DNA from: a plasmid
Strand: one strand, 5' to 3'
DNA length: 64,000 nucleotides
Sequence record: NZ_AP019754.1
Made by a program: the position numbers and the translations under genes. The notes beneath the pieces are model-generated. The model was not told the DNA's origin. It saw nothing but the letters and a program-made list of their open reading frames with translations, and searched no databases. This document shows, in pieces, positions 41,941 to 51,965 of this stretch (positions within the stretch are counted from its first letter, which is position 1; each line of letters opens with the position of its first letter).

Positions 41941-43110
41941 ATGATTAACGGCATTAAACCGCTTAAAAATTCACTGCGGTGGGGCATGGTGGGCGGCGGC
42001 GGTACCAGTCAGATTGGCTACATTCACCGTTCATCAGCACTCCGCGATAACACATTTACCTTAGTTGCCGGGGCGTTCGATATTGATGCGGCACGTGGCC
42101 GCGCCTTTGGTGAAGCTCTGGGCCTTTCCCCGGACCGGTGCTATGCCGACTATGAAACCCTGTTTGCATCAGAAGCAAAACGCGATGATGGCATTCAGGC
42201 TGTCTCGATCGCCACACCCAACAACACGCACTTTGCGGTCTGCTGCGCAGCGCTTGAAGCCGGTCTCCATGTGATATGTGAGAAACCGCTGTGCTTTACG
42301 GTGGAAGAAGCTGAACATCTGGCGAAGCTGAGCCTGGAGAAAAAGAAGATCGTCGGCGTGACTTACGGTTACACCGGTCATCAGCTCATCCTTCAGGCCA
42401 GGGAGATGATCGCGCAGGGATTACTGGGTGACATCCGCATCGTCAACATGCAGTTTGCACACGGTTTTCATCACGAAGCCGTTGAACAGAATAACGCCAG
42501 CACCAGCTGGCGCGTCGACCCGCGCTTTGTCGGACCCAGTTATGTTCTGGGTGATTTGGCGACCCATCCGCTGTGTATCGCTGAAACCATGGCACCCGAA
42601 CTGAAAATCAGACGGCTGCTTTGCTCACGCCAGAGCTTTGTGAAAAGTCGGGCGCCTCTCGAAGACAACGCATTTGTTCTGATGGAATACGAGAACGGCG
42701 CAGTGGGAAATCTGTGGGCCTCAGCCGTCAACTGCGGATCAATGCATGGGCAGAAAGTCCGCATCGTTGGCTCCAGAGCCAGTTTTGAGTGGTGGGATGA
42801 GCAGCCAAACCAGCTGCGTTTCGAAATTCAGGGTGAGCCGGTGCGCATTCTGGAAAGAGGCATGGACTATCTGCACCCGGCTGCTCGTGAAGATGACCGG
42901 ATAGGCGGCGGTCATCCGGAAGGACTTTTCGAAGCCTGGTCGAATCTCTACCGACGTTTCGCGCTGGCAATGGATGCAACCGATCGGGGCGACGACGCAT
43001 TCCTGAAAAACTTCTGGTATCCCGATGTCCATGCCGGCCTGGCTGGCGTCAGATGGGTGGAAAACTGTGTCCGTTCAGCCGACTCCGGCTCGGTGTGGGT
43101 GGAATGCTGA
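41941..43110 (+). CDS. Gfo/Idh/MocA-family NAD(P)-dependent oxidoreductase
   Basis: 389 aa with an N-terminal Rossmann GMVGGGGTSQIG and a catalytic EKP motif (ICEKPLCF). Confidence 0.8.
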   Translation: MINGIKPLKNSLRWGMVGGGGTSQIGYIHRSSALRDNTFTLVAGAFDIDAARGRAFGEALGLSPDRCYADYETLFASEAKRDDGIQAVSIATPNNTHFAVCCAALEAGLHVICEKPLCFTVEEAEHLAKLSLEKKKIVGVTYGYTGHQLILQAREMIAQGLLGDIRIVNMQFAHGFHHEAVEQNNASTSWRVDPRFVGPSYVLGDLATHPLCIAETMAPELKIRRLLCSRQSFVKSRAPLEDNAFVLMEYENGAVGNLWASAVNCGSMHGQKVRIVGSRASFEWWDEQPNQLRFEIQGEPVRILERGMDYLHPAAREDDRIGGGHPEGLFEAWSNLYRRFALAMDATDRGDDAFLKNFWYPDVHAGLAGVRWVENCVRSADSGSVWVEC

Positions 43111-43239
43111 GGTCCTGGTCGTGAGAACCGGACTCAGCCTGTCACACAGGGTTGAGAACGCCTGACATTCGATCCGTTTAAAGATTTTCGCTGCCTGAAC
43201 CCGACTCAGGCAGCAAGAGACAACGCAAAGGTGGCATCA

Positions 43240-44130
43240 ATGAAAATCGCTTTCGATGTAGATGTAATCAAAGATCTGGGCATCACCAAAATGGTCCAAC
43301 AGGTGTCGGAATGGGGATACAACTACATTGAGCAGTCTCCACATCCGGAAATTAACCCTTTCTATAAGCATCCTCGTGCCAGCCGCGAGATCATGGCTGA
43401 GTATAAAAAGGCGCTGCGCGAAACAGGAGTGGAAATTTCATCGTTTATCTGTGTTTATCGCTGGTCTGGTCCCGATGAACTGCGCCGACAGGCGGCCGTT
43501 AAAAACTGGAAACGTATGGTGGAGATCGCCGTCGAAATGGGCGTACAGGTCATCAATACCGAACTGGCGGGCGATCCTAATCAACCCGAAATCTGCGATG
43601 AAATGTTTTACCGCTCAATGGAAACGCTGCTTCCGCTGTTCGAACGTGAGGGTATCCGTGTTGAAATTCAGGCGCACCCGTGGGACTTCTGTGAAGAGAG
43701 CGATGAGACTGTCAATATGGTCAAGTCGTTCAGGAGTGATAACGTTAAATATGTCTACAGCGTTCCTCATACCTTTTTCTATGATAAAGGAAAAGGCGAC
43801 GTAGAGAAGATGCTCCGTCATGCCGGACACGATCTGTCCCATGTTCTTATTGCCGATACCATGAACCACACGAAGCATTGCCGTTACATCGTTAACCCAC
43901 CAGGCGTGGATGCCACTATTCATCAGCACGTTGGCATCGGCGAAGGCGAAGTAGATTTTGACACGCTGTTCCGAACGTTGCGTGAAATGAAGTTTGCAGA
44001 GCAGACGTTCAAAGTAGGGGGAGAGCCTATTGTGGCCGCATCGCTTTTTGGTTATCCGGAAAAAATGAAGTATCAGGCCGTGGAAACCCGCGAGCGGATA
44101 GAGCGAGAATTGCTTACGCCTCATCCATGA
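43240..44130 (+). CDS. Sugar phosphate isomerase/epimerase-family TIM-barrel protein (second copy in the cluster)
   Basis: ~296 aa from the ATG at 43240 (AAGGTGG upstream). It has a xylose-isomerase-like TIM-barrel signature. Confidence 0.6.
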   Translation: MKIAFDVDVIKDLGITKMVQQVSEWGYNYIEQSPHPEINPFYKHPRASREIMAEYKKALRETGVEISSFICVYRWSGPDELRRQAAVKNWKRMVEIAVEMGVQVINTELAGDPNQPEICDEMFYRSMETLLPLFEREGIRVEIQAHPWDFCEESDETVNMVKSFRSDNVKYVYSVPHTFFYDKGKGDVEKMLRHAGHDLSHVLIADTMNHTKHCRYIVNPPGVDATIHQHVGIGEGEVDFDTLFRTLREMKFAEQTFKVGGEPIVAASLFGYPEKMKYQAVETRERIERELLTPHP

Positions 44131-44529
44131 GTGATGTGCCCGGTGACATGTAAAATTGCTGCCGGGCTTTAAAATATGCCTTCCCAGTATTTGCATGCCA
44201 GCGCCTTCCTGTAGAGCAGGCCATAATCAGCACCGTTGAAGCCGCACAAAGGTCGGGTGCCCCTTTGTCGTACTCGCCTGCTTGCCGCTGCGTTCAGCGA
44301 TTTTACGCCTTTCTCTCCGATAATGACCGATGACCTTTTCTCTCACGCCTTACCACAGAAGGCTTAATCAGAATCAGGGAATGAGGGCTGATTTTTACAC
44401 TGTGCAAATTAAGCTGGCTCAGAAGGGGGCAACCGCCCGGTAGATCACTAACAGATCGTCGCTATGTTGACGAGAGAGGCCAATGCAGGCCATGCGCTTT
44501 CGCATAGCCTGTCTCTGTGGTCTGCACCG

Positions 44530-45858
44530 CTACATCATTTGTGGCTGGCGAATAACGTTACCTTTATCAAAGCGTGAGAGCCGGTAGGGGGCAAGGTCGG
44601 TATAAACGGGCTTGTTCGTCATCATCTGCGCACACAGCAGTCCCGCACCTGGCCCGATGGCAAAACCATGACCACTAAAGCCAGAGGCAATAAACATGCC
44701 CGGGATCTGGCTCACTTCATCAATAACCGGCACCAAATCCGGTGTGGTATCAATCCAGCCCGCCCAGGCATAATCGACTTTTGTTCCCTCCAGCGCGGGG
44801 AACAAGCGGATTAATTCTGCCAGACCATCATTAACGATGCGTTTATCCGGCGTGGGATCGAGAACCCGGATTTTTTCAAAAGGGGAAGGCGTGTCATGAG
44901 ACCAACTCCCCGAGGCTTCAGGGCCTGAAAAGAATGAGCCATTCAGCCGGATTTTCAGTTTCTTTGCCACTTTACTACGGAACATAGGATAAAACTTTGC
45001 GGCATATCGGATGTTCTGCGGCGCCAAATCGATCTGGCCCAGGCCCGGAACGGCAACGGTATAACTGCCATCCAGACGGCGACGAACACAGAGTTGCGGC
45101 GTGCTCAGACAACCTTTTACAATTTCCGGGGCGGCGGTTGTTTTAAACACCGTGCCCAAAATATTGGCGGCGGGGAGTTCAACGCCATATTGTCTGCAAA
45201 AACGCGAGCTCCATGCACCGCCGCAACAGATCACCCGGCTGGCTTTGACTAACCCGCGCTCTGTCCAGACGCCAGAAACGCGTCCGGCGCTGATATCCAG
45301 TGCCCGTACCGCGCAACGCTGGAAAATGCTGGCACCCAAATTTTGCGCACCTTTTGCGATGGCCGGTACCGCCTGTGACGGTTCTGCGCGTCCATCCGTC
45401 GGCGACCACACGCCGCCACGCCAGGCTGTTTTGTCACCAATACGTTCCTGAGCCTCACGCGCGGACAACAACTGGCTGGTAAAGCCAATCTGCTTTGCCT
45501 GCTGGCCCCATTTTTCCCAACGCGCCAGGTCAGCGTCATTTAGCGTGCCATACAGGATGCCGTTGCGCCTGAAGCCCAGATCCATTCCGATTTCAGTACT
45601 GAGTTCATCCCAGCGCTGCAGGCTTCGTATCGCCATCGGCAACTCATGCAAATCACGGTTCTGTTGGCGCACCCAGCCCCAGTTTCTACCTGACTGCTCA
45701 CCGGCAATCACGCCTTTTTCAAACAGCGCAACAGATACGCCTTGTTTAGCCAGTTCATATGCCGTTGACGTCCCCACAACGCCGCCCCCTATTACAACAA
45801 CATCGACGGAGGTGGGGAAGAGGGTGCTGTCATTAACGCTATCGACCTTAATTCGCAT
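44530..45858 (-). CDS. FAD-dependent oxidoreductase (DadA / opine-oxidase subunit B / PuuB-like amine oxidase)
   Basis: 442 aa with an N-terminal dinucleotide-binding VVVIGGGVVGTSTAYELAK and a DAO-family layout. Confidence 0.7.
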   Translation of the reverse strand: MRIKVDSVNDSTLFPTSVDVVVIGGGVVGTSTAYELAKQGVSVALFEKGVIAGEQSGRNWGWVRQQNRDLHELPMAIRSLQRWDELSTEIGMDLGFRRNGILYGTLNDADLARWEKWGQQAKQIGFTSQLLSAREAQERIGDKTAWRGGVWSPTDGRAEPSQAVPAIAKGAQNLGASIFQRCAVRALDISAGRVSGVWTERGLVKASRVICCGGAWSSRFCRQYGVELPAANILGTVFKTTAAPEIVKGCLSTPQLCVRRRLDGSYTVAVPGLGQIDLAPQNIRYAAKFYPMFRSKVAKKLKIRLNGSFFSGPEASGSWSHDTPSPFEKIRVLDPTPDKRIVNDGLAELIRLFPALEGTKVDYAWAGWIDTTPDLVPVIDEVSQIPGMFIASGFSGHGFAIGPGAGLLCAQMMTNKPVYTDLAPYRLSRFDKGNVIRQPQMM

Positions 45859-45872
45859 GAGTTAACCTTGTT

Positions 45873-46484
45873 TCAAATATGATGTCGGGGCGGAATATGC
45901 ATAATCCACAACACACGGGCTTCGGTATCGCTGTCGTTAAAAATGTTATGCGGCAGATGGCTTTTAAACTGAAAGCTGTCGCCCGCTTCGATGAAGGTCG
46001 TTTCACCATTCACCTCAAGCGCAAGCCGGCCCTCCATGACCACACCTGCTTTTTCACCTATCCCCGTCAGCATCTCTTCAGAACGCGTGCGGGGAGGGAT
46101 GCTGATATACATGAACTGGATATCGTGTTCGCCGGACGGCGATAACATCTCTTTGCTAATGCCCTGCTTGCCAACCTGAAAATGCGGTCGCTCACGCCAG
46201 CGACGAACATAGTGTTCAGCACCTGGCCGCATCACCTCATGCTGTTCAAGAAAAGCGGTCAAGGGGACATTCAAGACCACCCGAAGCTGCTCCAGTACCC
46301 GTACCGTCGGGTTAGCCAGATTACGTTCAATCTGGCTAATTGCCCCTGCCGACACATTGGCCTGTTGCGCCAGTTCTTTGATAGTCATATTGCGAGACTT
46401 GCGTATTAATTTTAACCGTACGCCAATATTGATCTCGACGGCACTCAGATCCTCAGAGTGCATTAACGCTGTTTTCATCACCAT
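45873..46484 (-). CDS. XRE-family HTH regulator with a C-terminal cupin domain (PuuR-like)
   Basis: HTH_3 (LKLIRKSRNMTIKELAQQANVSAGAISQIERN) plus a cupin region (HIPPRHH). It lies immediately upstream of the FAD oxidase. Confidence 0.7.
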   Translation of the reverse strand: MVMKTALMHSEDLSAVEINIGVRLKLIRKSRNMTIKELAQQANVSAGAISQIERNLANPTVRVLEQLRVVLNVPLTAFLEQHEVMRPGAEHYVRRWRERPHFQVGKQGISKEMLSPSGEHDIQFMYISIPPRTRSEEMLTGIGEKAGVVMEGRLALEVNGETTFIEAGDSFQFKSHLPHNIFNDSDTEARVLWIMHIPPRHHI

Positions 46485-46523
46485 GTTCCTTAAGGTTTCG
46501 TGCCTCCGTGCATGAAAGCGCGA

Positions 46524-47279
46524 TTAGGGCATTCCCCACTTAGCTTTGATTTTTTGCAAAGTGCCATCCGCTTTCATCGCCGTCAGGGCGGTATTGATAT
46601 CGGCAAGCAGCTTATCGTTGCCTTTTTTCACACCAAAGGCCATGGGCGCGATATGCTCGGGCTTATAACCATCCACCACATGCATGCCTTTGTACGCGCC
46701 TGATTTTTCCTGATATTTCATGATCGGGTAATCGTTCATGCCCGCCGCGATACGACCCAGCGACAGATCACGCATCATGTCTGCCGGACTGTCGTACACT
46801 TTCACCTCTTTCGGGATACCGCTCTTGATCAGAGCCTGCGTGTAATCGGTGCCTGTCATGGTGCCAACGATGTCACCTTTCAGATCCTGCTGAGAGCGAT
46901 AGACTTTTTTGTTGTCATCACGCACAACCAATCCGGGTCCGAATGCGGTGACCGGCTGTGAGAACGAGATACGTTTTTCACGCTCGGGTGTTGGTGTCAT
47001 CCCGGCCACGATCATGTCAATTTTGCCAGCAATCACAGACTGAATCAGCGTAGAGAAGGGCACAGCCGTAAAGTTAACATCCAGGTGCTGACGTTTAGCC
47101 ACTTCGGCAGCCACATCCGGCATGAAGCCTTCAATCTTACCGGTTTTCGTATCCAGAAATGTCGTTGGCGCACTGGAGGGCGGCGAGCCTGCCGTTAGTG
47201 TGGCAGCGTGCGCACTGTAAGTGACACCGAGGGCAACAGACAATAAAGCCATAGTAACGTGCGACCGAATAGACATCAC
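46524..47279 (-). CDS. Polar amino acid (His/Lys/Arg/opine type) ABC transporter substrate-binding protein
   Basis: 251 aa with a signal peptide and a family-3 solute-binding-protein fold. Confidence 0.8.
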   Translation of the reverse strand: MMSIRSHVTMALLSVALGVTYSAHAATLTAGSPPSSAPTTFLDTKTGKIEGFMPDVAAEVAKRQHLDVNFTAVPFSTLIQSVIAGKIDMIVAGMTPTPEREKRISFSQPVTAFGPGLVVRDDNKKVYRSQQDLKGDIVGTMTGTDYTQALIKSGIPKEVKVYDSPADMMRDLSLGRIAAGMNDYPIMKYQEKSGAYKGMHVVDGYKPEHIAPMAFGVKKGNDKLLADINTALTAMKADGTLQKIKAKWGMP

Positions 47280-47546
47280 TCACTCCTGATTAACATGCGA
47301 ACAATTAACTTCACTATAATGAAATTAAATCCCCTCCTGTCAATCTTTTCTTTTTAAAAATGCTGCGCCTCACAAATTAACATAAAACCCTTTTATTTCG
47401 GGGCAAAGTGAGCCTTCAATCCATTTTGTTACATGAATAAGTTAATGCTATGACGTCATCCGATGAAAAGTTTGACAATATTTACGGGTAGCCATATTCA
47501 TTAAAATGAATTTTAGCCTCACACTCAACACCGGCGGGAGCGCATA

Positions 47547-48197
47547 ATGGACTGGAGCAGTATTCACGTTTACCTTCCCTTTCTTTTGCAAGGGGCGGAA
47601 ATGACAATTTATATCACGATCTTGTCCTTGCTCATCAGCACGCCGTTAGGTCTGGTGTTTGCTGCCGCAAAAATGTGTCCTTTTAAAATCATCTCCTGGC
47701 CCGTGAGCGTCATCATCAATATCACGCGTGCCTTACCGATGATTGTGGTGCTGTTTTATATCTATTTCGTTTTCCCCGATATCGGCATTACCCTGACATC
47801 GTTTCAGGCCAGCGTGGTCGGTATCGCTTTCTGCTTTTCTACCTTCCTCGCAGAGATTTTTCGCTCGGGTATTGAATCGGTCGATCGTGGTCAGCTTGAA
47901 GCGGCGCGCTCGATGGGCATGAGCTTCTTTAAAGCGATGCGGCGCGTCATCCTGCCTCAGGCTTTTCATGTCGCGCTGCCGCCGTATAGCAATACGCTGG
48001 TGATGATGCTGAAAGATTCTGCGCTGGCATCAACGATTGCGGTTACCGAAATGACCCGGCAGGGACAGCTTCTGGCCGCCTCAACCTTTGATAACACCAC
48101 CGTATATACGCTGGTGGCGTTACTTTATCTGACGTTGTGCATGCCACTGCTGGCTTTCACTAAGCACCTTGAAAATCGTCAGAAAAAAGGAGCCTGA
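47547..48197 (+). CDS. Polar amino acid ABC transporter permease (HisQ/HisM-like)
   Basis: 216 aa with 5 TM segments and the conserved permease EAA loop. Confidence 0.8.
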   Translation: MDWSSIHVYLPFLLQGAEMTIYITILSLLISTPLGLVFAAAKMCPFKIISWPVSVIINITRALPMIVVLFYIYFVFPDIGITLTSFQASVVGIAFCFSTFLAEIFRSGIESVDRGQLEAARSMGMSFFKAMRRVILPQAFHVALPPYSNTLVMMLKDSALASTIAVTEMTRQGQLLAASTFDNTTVYTLVALLYLTLCMPLLAFTKHLENRQKKGA

Positions 48198-48198
48198 G

Positions 48199-48945
48199 AT
48201 GATTGAAATTCGTGATGTCCATAAGCGGTTCGGTGCTGTCGAAGTGCTGAAAGGGGTAAGTTTCCGCGTCGATGAGGGCGAAGTGGTATGCCTGGTGGGG
48301 CCCTCCGGTTCCGGAAAATCGACTGTGCTGCGCTGTATTAACGGGCTTGAAACCTATGAAAGCGGCACCATTCGCGTGCTCGACCAGCATGTTGACAGTA
48401 AAAGTAAAAATATCAATTCGCTTCGGCGCCAGATAGGAATGGTTTTCCAACGATTTAACCTCTTTCCGCACCGTAGCGTGCTGGAAAACGTGATGGAAGG
48501 TCCGATTTACGTTAACGGTGAATCGCGCAGTAAAGCCGAAAAGATAGCCAAAGAGTTGCTGGAAAGAGTAGGACTGGCCGACAAAGTCTCCGCCTGGCCG
48601 TCGCAGCTTTCCGGTGGTCAGCAGCAGCGCGTGGCCATCGCCCGAACGCTGGCATTGCAGCCGAAAGCCATTCTTTTCGACGAACCGACATCAGCACTGG
48701 ATCCGGAGTTAGTCGGCGAGGTTCTGCAGGTCATGCGCAACCTGGCACAGCAGGGAATGACCATGATCGTGGTCACGCATGAGATGCAGTTTGCAAGAGA
48801 GGTCGCCGATCGCGTCTGTTTCCTGCACAGCGGACAAATTGTGGAGCAGGGCCACGCTGAACAGGTGCTGTTGCGCCCTCAGGAGGCGCGCACGCAAGAT
48901 TTCCTACGGCGGGTTCTGGGAACATCTGCGTCCGGAACAGGATGA
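48199..48945 (+). CDS. Polar amino acid ABC transporter ATP-binding protein
   Basis: The start is taken at [12 protein letters not shown] (GGAG upstream). Walker A (GPSGSGKST), [13 protein letters not shown] and Walker B are all present. Confidence 0.85.
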   Translation: MIEIRDVHKRFGAVEVLKGVSFRVDEGEVVCLVGPSGSGKSTVLRCINGLETYESGTIRVLDQHVDSKSKNINSLRRQIGMVFQRFNLFPHRSVLENVMEGPIYVNGESRSKAEKIAKELLERVGLADKVSAWPSQLSGGQQQRVAIARTLALQPKAILFDEPTSALDPELVGEVLQVMRNLAQQGMTMIVVTHEMQFAREVADRVCFLHSGQIVEQGHAEQVLLRPQEARTQDFLRRVLGTSASGTG

Positions 48946-49482
48946 GACGGGAGCAATTCTGTCACTCCTGAGACTTTTTAGCGCCTCAAGAAAGGGCATG
49001 ACGCGCAAACAGCGGATTGATGACGTTACCGTGCAGATACACCCGCCTTGCTGATGGCCACAATCAGCGCGGTTCCGCCGAATCCCCATCCCCAGAATGT
49101 TTTCGCAGACTTAATTTTCCTGTCACAAGCGCCTTTAGCATTGTCAGTTCCCTGTCTGAATCCGGTTATATTCGGTCAACGACAGGCTCAAACAGAAACT
49201 TTCCTGACATTCTCTTTGAAGACACGCTACCAGACCGAAAGGATGGCCGCGTGTGCGTGAGGCCCGTCAGGTACGGGGAAAGCGTGTCCGGAGAAGGATA
49301 ACCGTGCAGCTTCCGGATGATGCATTTACCCGGCATCAGTCGTCGGACAAAAAAAGGCCCGTCAGCATGAACGCGACGGGCCAGCACGGAGGCGACGAAA
49401 ATATTTCTGACAACAGACACATCACAACGGAGTAACGTTAACCAATATTCTGCGAAAGACGTATTTCAGCTGCAGGGAGAGT

Positions 49483-49812
49483 TTATCGGGGCTTGCTGCC
49501 ATTCTCTCTGGCCTGGTGCTCCAGGCATCTTATAAAATTCTCTATTATCTGCACAGAGTAAGTTATGGCCAGCAACTCTGCCGTGAGCTGGACATCCATA
49601 CGCATCAGCGTCTCCATGACGCCGGGCTTGCTGAGGACCGGCTTCATATTTTTTACCCGGTCCATCAGATGTGTCCAGTTATTGATAAAGGTGTCCGGGT
49701 CAGCATAGGTTCCATCCCTCAGTTGCGTGTAAATCGCGTCAACATCCGCTTTCATTAGCCTGACGGCCTTAATCAGTCTTTCCTCGTAAGTGGGCTGGTT
49801 TTCATCAGACAC
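49483..49812 (-). CDS. Small hypothetical protein (109 aa) overlapping the 3' end of the chemoreceptor gene by 8 nt
   Basis: Open frame with plausible composition and no recognisable family. It is positioned as if translationally coupled to the upstream MCP. Confidence 0.35.
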   Translation of the reverse strand: MSDENQPTYEERLIKAVRLMKADVDAIYTQLRDGTYADPDTFINNWTHLMDRVKNMKPVLSKPGVMETLMRMDVQLTAELLAITYSVQIIENFIRCLEHQARENGSKPR

Positions 49813-51349
49813 GGAACGTTTCCACCATACATCTCAGCGCATGCGCCTGCTCAGACAGTGACTGCGAAGCCGAGGATGACTCCTCGACCAGCGCCGCGTT
49901 GTTCTGCGTCACGCCGTCCATCTGACTCACGGCAACACTCACCTGCGAAATGCCCTGCATCTGCTCTGCGGACGCCAGGGAGATGTTATCCATCGCCTCA
50001 GCGAGCTCACCGACCAGGCCGACCACCTTCTGGATACTCTGTCCGGTCGATGAAGCTACGCCGACGCCGCTTTCAATCTGATCGACGGCCTGCTCAATCA
50101 GCGTCTTGATGTCCTTTGCGGCCGTCGCGCTGCGCTGTGCCAGCGTACGCACCTCTCCGGCTACCACGGCAAATCCGCGTCCCTCTTCACCTGCGCGGGC
50201 CGCTTCCACCGCGGCGTTCAGTGCCAGAATGTTGGTCTGGAACGCGATGCCCTCAATCACTGACGTGATGTCGCGGACTTTTGCGGCACTCGCTGAGATG
50301 TCCTGCATGGTCACTGACATGCGCTGTACGTCCGACCCGCCTGCGTGAGCCAGCTGCGCGGTCCCACGGGCGGACTCTGCTGTCTGCTGCGCACTGGCCG
50401 CGTTGCTCTTCACCGTGGCGGTCAGCTGCTCCATGCTGGCGGCCGTTTCCTGCAGCGCAGCCGCCTGCTGTTCGGTGCGGGATGACAGTTCAGTATTACC
50501 CTGCGCGATTTCGTCCGAGGCGAGGGCCACAGAGGCAGAGGTCTCTTTAATCTGCGACACCAGGCCGCGCAGGTTGGCCTGCATGCTGTCAAGCGACGCC
50601 AGCAGGCTGGTCGTGTCGTTGCGGCGAAGCACGACCGGCGATGTGAGGTCGCCGGCCGCAATGGTGGCGGCCAGTGCCTGCGCCTGGGCAGGCTCACCGC
50701 CCAGCTGGCGCATTAGTACACGGACAACCAATACACAGGCCCCGACACTGATGAAAATGGATGCACCGGCCAGAAGGATCAGGATGAGAGATGAGCGTGA
50801 AGTTGAAGTGCTGTTCTCCTTCACCTCAGCAAAGCTTGTCTTCTGCTGTATCCCTGTCACAACCTGCAAATCGCTGAGCATTTTATCCTGCACGGGCTGG
50901 ACCTCTTTTGTCAGACACTCAAAGAAGTCTTTATCGCGATTGGCCAGGCCAAGCTGACTGGCCTTTGCAAAAATGGCAAAAAAAGAGGCCTCTGTATCGG
51001 TCAGTCTCTTGAAAGCGTTCCGTCCTGCCGGAAGAGAATCGATCTTCAGCAAGTCACCAAGAGCCTGGCGGTTAGCGCTATATTGCGCCTGAGTTTTCTG
51101 CATGCGCTCTGCTACGGGTTTCATTGCCACAGGATCGCTCAGCAGCCCAAGCGTTCTGACGTCTATGGACATCTCTCTCAGTTCACCGAGCATGTCCTGC
51201 GCAATTTGGTACTTTTTCATTTTGATGTTTACGATCCTGTCCATTCCTTCCCGGGCTTTATAGAGCGCATTCAGCGCAGTACCGGTGCAGATGATGAACA
51301 GGAAGATAAGCAGGCCGAAACCTGCAGCAAGGCGAGTCGATATTTTCAT
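49805..51349 (-). CDS. Methyl-accepting chemotaxis protein (4HB-type periplasmic sensor, HAMP, signalling domain; no C-terminal pentapeptide)
   Basis: 514 aa with an N-terminal TM (LAAGFGLLIFLFIICTG), a second TM followed by HAMP, and the conserved core [40 protein letters not shown]. Confidence 0.85.
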   Translation of the reverse strand: MKISTRLAAGFGLLIFLFIICTGTALNALYKAREGMDRIVNIKMKKYQIAQDMLGELREMSIDVRTLGLLSDPVAMKPVAERMQKTQAQYSANRQALGDLLKIDSLPAGRNAFKRLTDTEASFFAIFAKASQLGLANRDKDFFECLTKEVQPVQDKMLSDLQVVTGIQQKTSFAEVKENSTSTSRSSLILILLAGASIFISVGACVLVVRVLMRQLGGEPAQAQALAATIAAGDLTSPVVLRRNDTTSLLASLDSMQANLRGLVSQIKETSASVALASDEIAQGNTELSSRTEQQAAALQETAASMEQLTATVKSNAASAQQTAESARGTAQLAHAGGSDVQRMSVTMQDISASAAKVRDITSVIEGIAFQTNILALNAAVEAARAGEEGRGFAVVAGEVRTLAQRSATAAKDIKTLIEQAVDQIESGVGVASSTGQSIQKVVGLVGELAEAMDNISLASAEQMQGISQVSVAVSQMDGVTQNNAALVEESSSASQSLSEQAHALRCMVETFRV

Positions 51350-51900
51350 GTCTTTTCTCGTTATATAGGGCGTTCTGGTGTTGGTTAATCTTTGCCGGAC
51401 GTCAAGAGCAGTCCGACCGGATTAATCCTAGATGGGTTTTTGCATTTAGTGCTTATTTCGCCCCAGTATTACTGAGAATAATCTGAAAAAAATTGTTTCT
51501 GCGTACTTCAATTGCCTGCGCAACGGCTTTGCCTGACGTCGGAATCTGTCATCTCAGTCACGTCCAGCCCCACTGATGGGGTTGCCTTCAGAAAACCCTT
51601 ATGATGAGAAATCCGTCACGCACAATAAGTTGATTGAGAGACTAAACATCCTTTTCCAACAAACATCTCTCCCCGATCGAAAAGCCGCGATAATCCGTGC
51701 CATTACTCTACTTACCTGAGTCCGTGACCAGACAATCCCGGCTTGACGTGAAATGAATGCCCCTTTTTAGGAGGCGCAGGCCATCTGGGCTGATTGACAG
51801 GTGGTCAGTAAAAAGAGGCCTGTTGCATGGTCAACATGACACATCGTCAGTATGTCAAATTGATTCCAGTGATAAATGATCGACCTGCGTCACAATTAAA

Positions 51901-51927
51901 GAAAGCAACTATCGTGACGATAACGTT
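51901..51927 (+). promoter_or_regulatory. FliA (sigma-28) promoter for flagellin copy 2
   Basis: TAAAGAAA-N11-GACGATAA, about 38 nt upstream of the ATG at 51966. Confidence 0.5.
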
Positions 51928-51965
51928 AGGGCGTGATTTGCACGCTTTGACTACAGGGAGTCAAC

